Source: Chrysomallon squamiferum (lineage: Eukaryota > Animalia > Mollusca). From it: a DNA stretch of 64,000 bases. The position numbers and the translations under genes were made by a program. The DNA is taken from NCBI GenBank assembly GCA_012295275.1, contig CM022679.1:10478001-10542000 (forward strand), read 5' to 3'. The notes under the pieces are model-generated. The model searched no databases. It had not been told where the DNA came from and saw nothing but the letters and a program-made list of their open reading frames with translations. Shown here piece by piece: positions 40,689-52,954 of this stretch (positions are counted from its first letter, which is position 1; each line of letters begins with the position of its first letter).

Positions 40689-43600
40689 TCTAACAATACT
40701 AATTTTTTTTTTCTTCTGGAAATAAAATAAAATAAAATCAAATCAAATCAAATCAATCAATCAAAATTAAAAATAAATAAAAGAAGATTTTTTATTATTA
40801 AACGTCATCATTTTATTCACAATTTTAAGATGTAAAATATAATTTCTAACATGACAGCAAACAACAGTGTGGTTACAGAATGGAAGAATAATTTTAATGA
40901 TCTTGTTTCTTAACACTTTCAAAAAATTAAAACAGAAAGTATAAAAATGTTTATAAATAATAATAATAAAAATAATAAATACTAATAAAAAGGAATTAAG
41001 ATAAAGAGAAAAAAAATTAAAATAACTATTACAGAAACTCAAAATTTTAAGACAGTGACCATTATATGTAATATTACATAATATTATTCATAAATGTCAA
41101 TGAAAAATAGAAAGCTTTTTTTTTATTTTTTTTTTTTGACAAATATAATGGAATGTTATTTTTGCTGCATTTTAAAACTGATTAATGTTTATTTAAAAAA
41201 GGAAAATTTTATGAAAATAGACAATTTCAAATAGAAAAGAATCACATTTGTAACACTGAAACTGTTGTGGTTTTAAGAAATAATTATGAAATAGTCAGAG
41301 AAATTGATAAAATGTACCAGTGGTGATATAAAGTTCTTTTTTATACTTCAAAGTTGGGTGACATATAACTGTTAACAATAAAGTATGACAATAAAATAAT
41401 AGTTACAAGATTTGAACACTGTCATTTTACCCAGCAACATCACATGTGGTAGACTGATATTTTTTTAGATCACATTTCAAAGAAAAGTGATGTCTTAAAG
41501 GAGAGAAAATAACAGTACCCGGATATTTTTTAAATGTACCTTCTTGTTGTTATTTTTCATTATTATTTAAAACAGGATAGAATAAGAAAAAAAATTAAAA
41601 AAAATTTTATTTAAACAAAATTAAAATGATGATAATAAAAAATTGAAATAACCAACAAATTAAATAAAAAAATTTTTTTTAATAAAACACACAAAAATAT
41701 GTTTAGATTATTTTTCTTCACATCACCAAAGGAACAATTTAAATATAATATGTTCATAGTAGCAAGAAAATTTGTGTCATTTTATTTTTTCTTTCTTTCG
41801 TTTAAAAAGAAGGGGGACAAAATGCACATGATCCAAGTGAAAATCTCAAGGCACAATGCCAGTTTTAAGAGTAGGAATACCTGAAAATATCTTTCTATCA
41901 CAATAAAATGAAAATAAAACTATCTCTTCTACTTTAACATTTTTCACTTCAGAACATTATGCATGTAATTCTTTTCTAAAATAAAAATACAATCATTTAT
42001 CTTTGGTACATTTTAATTTAAATGCTGATGCCAACAAATGTATATTGTACACATTCCAACAGGAATTAACTGTACTCTCATGATTGAATTTATGACAAAG
42101 TGTTTCTTCAAATCTTAGTTTTTATGCATGAACAATTTTCATGTAAAATGAAACAAATAATCATGTACAGTTGAAATTACTAAAGTGATCTTTACTGAAA
42201 GAGCTTCAATGAAACAAAAAGTCAACATAAATAAACCTGCAAATAATTAATATAAACAAAATTTTGCTCCCTTTTATTGCATTTAATAACAACATAATAA
42301 TAATCTACATAGTAATTAATTTCTTATAAACAAAATAATTTTGTTTGGATAGAAATAAACAAACTAGTGACTGGTGAACTAGAAAATAAATAAATCCAGA
42401 TTTTTAATTTAACAAAACTATACATGTAAAAATAAAGATAAAACAATCATTAATACTAAATGTAAATCTAATTTAATACCCATAACAATAACTGCAAATC
42501 TGATAATGATTTTAATGTTTCTGGTGGTTAATCTTGCTTAATACTAACTGAAGAAAAACAATTCTCATGAATAATACTTAATTATTGCACAAGAAAGATA
42601 CAATAACAATATAGTCATAAAAATATCAATACAATTTGGTCACAACCAAATATTTTTAAAATCTGCTTTATACATCAGATTCATTTTATGCTGTTTGTTA
42701 TCCAACAATGATAACTTTAAAAAATATTATGTCTCAATTGATATTTAAAAAAATTGAATGGATCATGTTTATTTAACTCCCTTGAAATCAAATTATCTCC
42801 TCTAAGGTGAAACTTTCATTTTCATTCGTTTATTTACTTATTTAGTAAGTGTATATTACTCCAGCAGTTTAAGAATTAAAAGTAAAGGCAATAACTGTTT
42901 ATTTCAGAGTTTATAATAAATATAAAATATATAAAAGTAAAAAATACATTTCTGTTGTTAATTAAATTCTGGAAAAAGATGCATAAAAATTCAAATTACT
43001 TGATCTATCTATTAAATATATATATATATATATTATTATTAACTATTCCTTACTACAATTCACCATCGTGAAACTTAACAAAAATATTTAACGAATACAA
43101 TAATATATGCTTTTATAATTTTGAATTTTGAAAGATAATGTATTTTGTTGCAGAAAAGTTTTCAGTGTTTTTCCATGACATTTTTAATATTTAGGTCACT
43201 CAACTACATTATTTTTTGTTTGTCTCATTTACAATTTCTGTCACTATCTGCAAAAATAGAGAATTGATATAATATTCTAATTAAGTGGGCTTTAATATGT
43301 ACATGTATTTATATATAATTACATAAAAATATAAGGAGCAAAATGATAAGAACAAAATATATATAATTTACAAATGAAATCAAACAAAGAATGAAAAATA
43401 TTATTATAAACATAAACTTCATAAACATAAACAGTTAACAAACATAAACTATTTAAAATTTTAATTTTAATTCCTTGAAAAATGAACATTTAAATGAGGA
43501 ATGTTTGTATGCAGGCAGACGTCTTAAAATGTTCCTTTCAAAACTTCCATTCTTAATAATAATAATAATAATAACAACAACAATAATAACAATAAACATA

Positions 43601-44941
43601 ATTAATAAATAAATTAATAAAATTAAAATAAACAAAATAAATTGATAAATATAAATAATTATGAACTAAACAACAGAATTAAAGATTACAAATCTATTAT
43701 ATAAACAGAATTCAAACAGAAACTGAATAACTAAGAATACATCTAATATTATTATGCCTAGTGGTCACTTAGTTGTTGTAAGTTCACTTTCTTTTTGATA
43801 TAATGCTGGTATTAGATGTCTGAACATTAAAGGTTAAACTATCTTGTTCTGCAAATAATCTTTTAAAACACTAAGAATTAATAAATAAGAGGTAAATCTG
43901 TGGTTTTCATTTTCACAGAAGGAAATTTCAAGATATGTGCTTCAGTGTATTTTCAACTATCATGGATGCCTTTCTTTTTACTAAAAGATGATAAGCAAAG
44001 GGGACTAGAAGTTAAAAAAAAAAAAAAGTGAAGAAACAATGTTTTCTTCTTCTTCTTTTTTTCTAAACAAATTAAATTATGTGAAACAGATTTCAACTCC
44101 TCCCTATCTAATAATTTTTCTTTGTCCATTACACATCTTTTGTTTTTATAATGATGCATTTTTAGATCTGTAGATCAGTAACATATGATTATGGTGCACA
44201 ATGATTTGCCAAAAAGAGAGATATTGGTGGAATGGTGATTTAATATACCAGTGCAAAATTTAATGCAATCTCTATCTGTATTTATTTCCTGCAGAATATC
44301 CTTTGTGGAAGATCAAAGTACATAATTATACAGATGGAAGGGAGATGATTAATGATCAAAAGAAAAAAAATGAAAGGGATAAAGATTATATATCCATACT
44401 CTTAATGGATGTAGCCTTCAGTCATCTAGCCATTAGCCACAAGATTACAAACATTTTCTTTTAGCCTGTAACCAGTACAATTTAGACATTCATCCATTAT
44501 TCATTATAATTTCCATTTAAATCATTCAAACATTAACCATTAAAACTTCACTTCAGCCATACACCCATTAACATTTAAATCTATGAAAACACCATTAAGT
44601 TCACTTAACTTACTTAAAACACTAATAACCCAATCTTTTCTGAGAGATGAGCCTCACAGTGCTGGGTTTTAGTTTTCATACGACTCTGTAATCAGATATT
44701 TTTTTTAAATAAAACAGTTTAATAATATTTTAACATTTTTCAAATAATTCTTTAAAATGCACTTGTCATTGACAAACACAGGAAACAAGAGTACGCCACT
44801 GAAATGTAAATTTATGCTTATGTTATTCTGAAAATAATAATAATAATAATAACAATAATAATAATAATAATGATAATAATAATAGCAATAAGAACGAAAC
44901 AAAATAAAATGGAGAAAAAACCCACTAATAAGCTGGACTCA

Positions 44942-47900
44942 TCACCGGTTGACAACTGGTCGTATTAATAATTGTTCTTTTTCTATTTCTTCTGCACTAA
45001 TAAAGTCATTGTCCCATTCCAGTTCATTGGAATTTTGTGGGCTATTTTTCACAGAGTCTGAACTTGTCAGTCCCGATATATTATCTTCTGTGGATGAGCG
45101 TGGTTTGGGTTGAGGTACAACTCCTGCAAAAAAATTAAACAACAATATTTGTTACAAAACAGAAAATATTATGTATTATAATTAATGTGAATTTAGGGAG
45201 GGGAAAATAAAATGAGAAGAAAAATTCAATAATTCATGTGGAAACAGTTTAGTGTTTTGTTGACAAATACATCCATATTTATCTACTGATTTATCTATCA
45301 AAACATTTTAATATTAAAGGTTATTAAGTGTAGGAAACCTGTTATCCATGAGAAGCAAAGATTAAATGGATGTACAAGTTGAGGATCTCTTGTCCAAAAT
45401 TCTGAAATCCGAAACTTATTCTGAGTAATAATGATATGTTGCAGTTTTCAGTCTGTTTTATATATACAAACTTTATTTTATGCACAAAAGTATTAAAATT
45501 ATTATATATCAATATGCTGCAGACTGTTTGTGTAAGCTGCAAATAAAATATAAATGAATTTTGTATTTAGACTTAGATCCCATTCTCAAGTTATCTCCTT
45601 ATATTTCACAATCTGAAACATTTCTGGTCCCAAGCATTTTGTATAAAAGATTCTCAACTTGTTAAACTAATTAATCCTGGGTAGACCATTCATAATGGAA
45701 TAATCTCTGAAAAGTAATGTACTTCTACTGACAAAAGCCCAAAGCCCAAAGAATATTTATTGCATCAAAGAATCTGAAAAATATTCGTCCTCACTATACT
45801 CATAAACAAATAAATAAATAAATAAAAAATATAAGTTATTCTAACTATTAGCTTATTGTATAGCTCAAAGTCTTAAGTTTATAAACTGGGTAAAATATAT
45901 TTTAAATGATCCATTTCTAACACTTAATAATTAACATATAACTGGTTTACCAATTAGAAATAGATGATCATTATTATTATAATATCTTTTAATATACGAT
46001 TCATAATTTACAAATATGTTGAATATCTAAATATACGATTCTCATTTTCTTTTTTTTAAATAAAACTGTACTCTTTTAATTTGTTCCCACATCTTATTTC
46101 CCATGTCTAAAATATGTTACCACATCTTTTAACTTTACAAATTAAGTGTTTGAATTTTCTTAGAGGACCTGCTTCGTGTTCCCACTCTAGATCAAGAGAG
46201 GAGGCTTCAGTCGCTGATCGGTCTCTGTGGTATGGGGTACTGCTTGAGGAACTATGCCCATCACCAGAACCTTAGCAAGAAAAGAACCATGCAGAAAGCT
46301 AGACGGTTAGTTTCAAAAAGAAAAACATTAGAGGTCAGGTGATCTGTATTCGAGTGTTAAAGAAGACATGTGAATCCACATGCAAAGAAATCCATGCATG
46401 GATATGGTGGTTTTTTTTTCAAGACTTTTAGAGATTATTAATAAAGATAAGTGTGTCTACATGCAGGATAACCATGCATGGATGTAACTTTGTTATTGGT
46501 TCCATGTGATTTATTAAATAATTTTAATAAAGATTTATGTATGTATACATGCATGTTTGCAGATGTGTGTGTGATTGGGAAAGTTTGTTAATATATACAT
46601 GCATGATATGAAGGGATCAGTGTATTGACATTACTGTTTGAATGTGATTTTGAAACTGATTTTCTTTGTTGTGTATAAAATCAAAGTATATAAGTAGCTG
46701 AGTTATTAATGTAGAAATGATTGTCTACTATAAAGCTACTATTGAATATAAACTGTGAAAAGAGAATTACTAAAATAATTTGTATTCAAGCAGAAATTTA
46801 CTATCAGATATTCAGCTTATTTGAAAATAATTATAAGCAGTAAAGAGCATTAAGACATGTGAATGTAACAGATACTTTTACTTTAATTAAAATGTTGGTA
46901 ATATTAGTGGATGATGTGTAGTTTGTTAGATAGTTATTTTCTTGATTTACTGAAAATTCAAACTATATACCTTGTCTTGCCAGTATCTGGGCTCTTGCTG
47001 CTTGAGATCGTGCCTTGACACTGGCAAGAAATATTTCAAAATCATCTTCACCTCCTGCCCTGAAATCATAACATCTCAGTTTTGAAAAAACCAAAATCTA
47101 TATATATCAAAAAAAAAAAAAAAAAAATGACTTTCTTTCTTTCTTTGACCGTGTCTATAACACAAATTAATATGGTCTTTTTATACTAGTTTTTTTGTTT
47201 TGTTGTTATTTGTTTGTTGGCTTTTTAATTAATTCTCAGATAAAAACAAGACCATTTAATTTCTTTCTTATTTTCAAATTATTCCCATTTATCATTTTAA
47301 TGACATAGATCTGCACTTACTAATCATATTATAATTTTATTAATTATGTATTTTTAAGGTAAAAAATCAAATAAAAATAATTGAAGAAAATAAACATTTA
47401 TAATTTTATTAATTAGGTCTTTAAAGAAAAATGAAAAAAAAAATATAATGAAGAGAAGAAATGTCTTAAGATTTTAGTATTATAATTCAAAAATTTATAA
47501 TTTAGAAAAAAAATCAATTCAATTATTTAACAAATAATTGGAAAAATTATATTACACTTACCAAAAAAAAAAAAAAAAAACCCCAAAATTTAAAAAAAAA
47601 TAAAAAATTTAAATCTTACACTTCCCATTCTTCATCATCTCCAAGCCAAGACTTTGGTCCGTTAGTTACAGCATTTTTCTTTGCAGCTTTTTCCTTGGCT
47701 CTCTGCATTTTTCTCACCCTGGCTGCTTCTCTCTTAGCTTCATAATAGGATTCTTCTTCTCTCTCAATTTCCTCCTCTTGTTGAGCAAGCTGGGGTCAAA
47801 ATATGTATTAATATAATTATACTAACACATTTATTATTGTATTAGTCTACATATATTCATACTCGTTTAATTACAAAAACAAATGTAGAAATTTTTTTTT

Positions 47901-50900
47901 GTATGGGGATTTATAACAAATAAGCATTATATTATCAGTAATTAAATGTTTTAAAAAATATTAATCTGGAAATCATGATATTACAGATGTGTGCTAATTT
48001 AAGGAATGCATTCATATTAATGGGCTCACATGATAAAGAATATTCTGCAGGTATATTATTCTGTTCATAGCCAGCATTAATCCATTGTTTTGAAAAATAA
48101 TAAGTTTCATATATTAAAAGTGATTCCAGTTTTAACTATAGACTGTTATTTAAGTCAACACAGATTGCTTATTATGTTTATTATTGTTTTATTACACTTA
48201 TCATCTTTATTATTGTTATACATAAATATATTCTACAGAAAAGAAAAATCAGTGTAACTATTACAAACCATAAGCTAAAGATAATAACAAAATCATAGGT
48301 TTTAAATACAGCACTGACAGAAACAGAAATTGGAAAACACACACACAAAAATGACAATAAACAAACAGTAGCATAAATTATATTGAACAGTGGAGAATGT
48401 TTTATAATTTCTGACAAAGTCTGCAAAGAATGAATATAAAAAATATATTTAAAAAAAATGGCTTTATATTTGTAACCAACAGCAGAAACAACTGCACATA
48501 AACTGAATTCTGTTACAAATTAAAGTTTACGTTAAAAAAAAATAATCAAAAGAATTTTGTAGCAAAAAGAAAGATTTTATTTAATTTTTTTTAAATTGAA
48601 GAGGAAATGAAGCAGTGCAGATGGCAACATATGTGAACAGTTACCTTCGCATCAATTTCAGCATCTATTTTCCTTTGTTCATGCACTATTGCGTCATAGC
48701 GTTTTGCTGCTAATAACTGACGTTCAGTGTCCGTCAAGGGCCTTTGCGAAATAAAACAAGAAAAATACACAATACAAAATAATAAAAACACAAAAGTCTA
48801 CTAGGCACATTACAAAACACAAAGTTGAAAAAATAAAAATTACTGTGAGCTATAAAGTCGGACAACATTTGTGTAAAGAGAGCACAACAGCCATGCCATT
48901 TTTGTCAGTTCTGATAAACACCGAAAATACATTCCTGTCAGAGAACCATTTCAAAATTAATCAAGACTGTTGGTTTTAAAATGAATTAATGTTTAGAAAA
49001 GTCCTATTAAAATTAATCAAAATTGTTGATTATAATATTAAATGTTATCTAAACATATTCTAAATGAAACGTATTCTTTAAATCGAAACCAAATTAAAAA
49101 AAAAAAAAGTGTTTTCTCTGGTTTTCATAGGGTTTTTTAAACAAAAATTAACTCATATATAAATCATCTTAAGCTGCAAGAATTACAGAAATTTTAATTT
49201 ATCTGAAAAATCAAAAAGAAAAAGAAAATTTTTTAAAATACTGATTCCTACGTCTTTTGAAATTATGATAAATTATTTAAAAGCATTCTTCATTAATATA
49301 TAATAACTGTAAGTATCTTTTTCAAAATTAATAAGAAAATGAAAAATGACTCTGATTTGAACAAGATGTTTAATGATTTTCAAGATGACAATGGATTAAT
49401 TTTTGATCACGGTGGTATCTGAACAAGAATGTCAAGGTTATCAGAACGACAAATCTGTTTAGCACACAGCTTACAACCTACCCACTGTACATAGTTAGAC
49501 ACTGTGAATGGTCCGTTAGATAGCTCTAGCTGTCCTCTGAAATTAGCAACACTAATAATATCCAACACACAGAATCTGTTTCACAGCAAGATTAAAGCTT
49601 CTTGTGTGGTTAGGAGATTAATAAAATTACCATCAAGTAATACAGCAGATTTGAGAAATTTGTATCTGACATTTTGTTTTTCCATGATCATGCATGTATT
49701 TTTTAAAATTTTATGTTAAGTAAATTCCTCTCCATCTCTTTCTTTCTGTAAACTTACACCTTTCACTTTCTCACTCAAAAACAACAACAACAACAACAAC
49801 CAACAAAAATTAGACAGTCTCACCTGTTCATGTCCTCATGTGTTTCCTGTGGAAAGAAAATACATAAATAAATAAATAAATAAATAAATAATATAATTTT
49901 ATCTTTAATAAACATCTACTTCATTCACATACATCTAATCATTAATTTAGAGTATATTTATTTGAAATATTCATCAAATACTTGTAAATTAGTATTTCTG
50001 TTTCTCTGTCCTATCTATATTATATATACATCTATATGTATATATCTATCTATATATATATTTATCTATATACACAAAACACACACACACACACGCACAT
50101 ACACACGTGCATGCACACACACACACACACAAACTGTAGAATAAACATCATGTGAATGTTAGAGTGTGAGGTTAGAGCGTAGCATGGGATTACAGCTGCA
50201 TAGTGAAAGAAAGCAGCATATCAGTAATATTCTACTTACATCATCCATGAGATTTTCAAACTGAAAAAAAGTGTTTCATTTATCAGATATATTGGAAACA
50301 AACTAATTAAATATATTGTTGATACTATTTTACACATCTAAAATAGCAATGAAAGGAATTCATAAAACATATTTTAAATAATTTAAAAGACCTGTTGTAA
50401 TATATTCTTGCAAATATATTGATATTATTATTGTTATACTTTATTATCATCAACAAAGCCTGTTTTGGATAAATAAAAACAATCATTTGTAAACACTTTC
50501 ATTCTTTCATTACTTCTACAAAATATTTACAATAAATAAATAAATAAACTGAAATGAAATAAAATAAATGTACACAAGATTCAAACAATAAAACAAGCAG
50601 GAAAATATATGTGTCTGCACACACATACACACACATGCATGAAAAGTGTTTGTATTCATGTAGGCTGTACATGAATCTTAGATTTTTGTCTTCTTTTTAT
50701 TTTTTATAATTTTTTAAATATGTTTTTTAAAATAATTATATTAGCTGAGGAGTAAAGGAAATCCTTGTGAAATAAAATAAAAAGGTATAAAAAGTGCAGT
50801 AAACTGTTTTTTGCTAATTTATACTTACCTCAATTGAAAAATCTCTTTCAACACTGTAGCGGGTTCGAAGATACTTATGGCTGATGAAAAAAAATTAAAA

Positions 50901-51717
50901 CAGTAATTACTTTTAAATTAATGTAAAAATAAAATAAAATAACTATTTAATTACTAATTCATGTTTCTTTCTCAGGAAAAACACACACACATACAGACAC
51001 AAAGTGTTTTTAGTATTTGTTTTGTGTTTCAGCATACACATTTTTAGATTTTATGAAACACTAAATTGTTAAGATAACATCAAACAGATAAAAAATAACA
51101 ATAATAAAAAATATTGAAAAAAGTTAAAATAAAAAAGAATTAAGCTTTACTTAAACTATGTGTCATTATAATTCAACTGCAGGATTTCTAACAAAAAACA
51201 ACATGTAATAAAATAACTTCAATATAGAAAAGATGGAATATCAGAAAATAAATTTTATTTGATTTCCTAAATAATAAATATCCTGTATTAATATTTAAAT
51301 CTAAAATAGCAATGAAAGGAATTCATAAAACCTATTTTACTGTGTATAAGATTTAAATATTAATAAGTGGTCTCCGAGGAAAACTGAACCATTTTATTTT
51401 TGCAAAAACATGATTCATTGACTGCATGAATCTAATTTCTAAGTAACAGTAAAACATTTTTTTTCTCAGTGTACAATATTTATTTTATACAATAATACGT
51501 AATATTAAATGTGTCACATGGAGTGAGATATCTCTGAATCGAGTATAATATGATGTCAACATAACTCGTGACATCTGCAGGAGCTGAGGAGGTGTGTCGT
51601 GTCCGGTAGACTTTTTCGTCGACTACCCATTATTAAAATTTACAGTTACATCTGGAACATGTATAAGTCTTACCGTTTATCGCATATATTGCAACATCTC
51701 GCCAGGCAATTGCCCAT
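44942..51717 (-). CDS. AP1AR: AP-1 complex-associated regulatory protein (gadkin)
   Basis: Exons 51717-51674, 50880-50829, 50260-50240, 49846-49824, 48741-48645, 47789-47620, 47059-46971, 46270-46169, 45123-44942, all in phase. Motifs MGNC..CC, IEFENL, RPLT, coiled coil YYEAKREAAR, EDDFE, SLDLEWE, RSSTED and NELEWDNDFISAE match vertebrate AP1AR as I recall it. Confidence 0.92.
45375..45661. mobile_element. Non-autonomous TcMar/pogo (Tigger4/MER46-like) MITE in the last AP1AR intron
   Basis: Imperfect ~26-bp TIRs: CAAGTTGAGGATCTCTTGTCCAAAAT and, reverse-complemented, CAAGTTGAGAATCTTTTATACAAAAT. TA at the left flank (45373-45374), right TSD degenerate. Internal sequence resembles Tigger4a/MER46 from memory. 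Confidence 0.75.
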
Positions 51718-51794
51718 ATCAAAAGCGTTTATGGCTCAAACATTCACAAATATCGCGTAGAACCTGACATGTCACATCTTCGATTTTTCTGCTA

Positions 51795-51815
51795 ACTAAA
51801 CCCGGAAGCGGAAAC
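51795..51815. promoter_or_regulatory. AP1AR promoter with tandem ETS/GABP-type sites
   Basis: CCGGAAGCGGAAAC about 90 bp upstream of the AP1AR ATG in a CpG-rich patch. Confidence 0.5.
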
Positions 51816-51982
51816 AAAACCATGTTTTTGTTAGTTAGTGCCCTATTTGTGTATTCGATTTACAAAGAGAACCTATGTCTCGTTTTTCACAAATCTAAAA
51901 TTAAACAAATACTGTAAACTCCCCCCCATTTATAATTCGTTGTAAGCTTAGACAAGGAAAGTTAATAATTACGAATATTATA

Positions 51983-52033
<51 letters not shown>

Positions 52034-52954
52034 GGTACATGTATACCATTATATTTGTCGTAGATAATGTATTCTATATACATCAGAGAATATGTAAGAT
52101 GTAAGATATTACTAAAATGATAACAGGCGCTCTATGGTGGTTATATTAATTATTAATATTGTTACATGACGTTAATATTATTGATTAGTATAATGTAATA
52201 TGTGTATATGGCTATAATTACTAAAACCAAAACCAAAAAACAAAAACAAAAAATTCTTTATTAAAAAAAAAAAAAAAAAAAAAAAAAGGAAACATTAATT
52301 TTTCCGAATATAATTTTAACTTAAAATAGTATTTTTCATTTAATTCAATAAAACTTGTCTATTATAGCAAGCATCCATAATGAATAAACAGACAAACAAC
52401 TGATCAAAATTATAACATTAATGCATATAAATCTTGATTGCTCGTGTAAATGTCAGGCTTCATTTGTTTTTGAAATTCATCCAGTTAATGACGATTCATA
52501 TATCACGATTCATATTGCTATTTATTACTATGGTGATGATAACAAACTATAACTACAATAATAATCGTACACTTTGTACAATGAATTCTTTTCTTATCTT
52601 TCTGTTTTAAAAGAAAAAAAAAGAAGAAATAATAATAATAAAGTCAGTATGTCGTTTCTAAGTAAACAGAAAAAAAAAGACAAAGGAAGTAAGAAATTCT
52701 CAGGTTGCTTTAATGTTTTCAAAACTAATATTCAAAACGTAATTTCAAATTTATTAAATATTTCATCAAACTCTAAGACGTCATATTTAGAACACCCAGA
52801 ATTCAGGTATGTCACAATGGCGCATGCGCTGGTGACTAATATCGCTAATGCATGACGGTTAGGTTACTTATGGCCGCAATTTAGCTTTTGTATTTGCATT
52901 TACCTGGACAGGTGTTTAAAACGTTAATGACTTGATCGGGACTGTTCCTTCATA

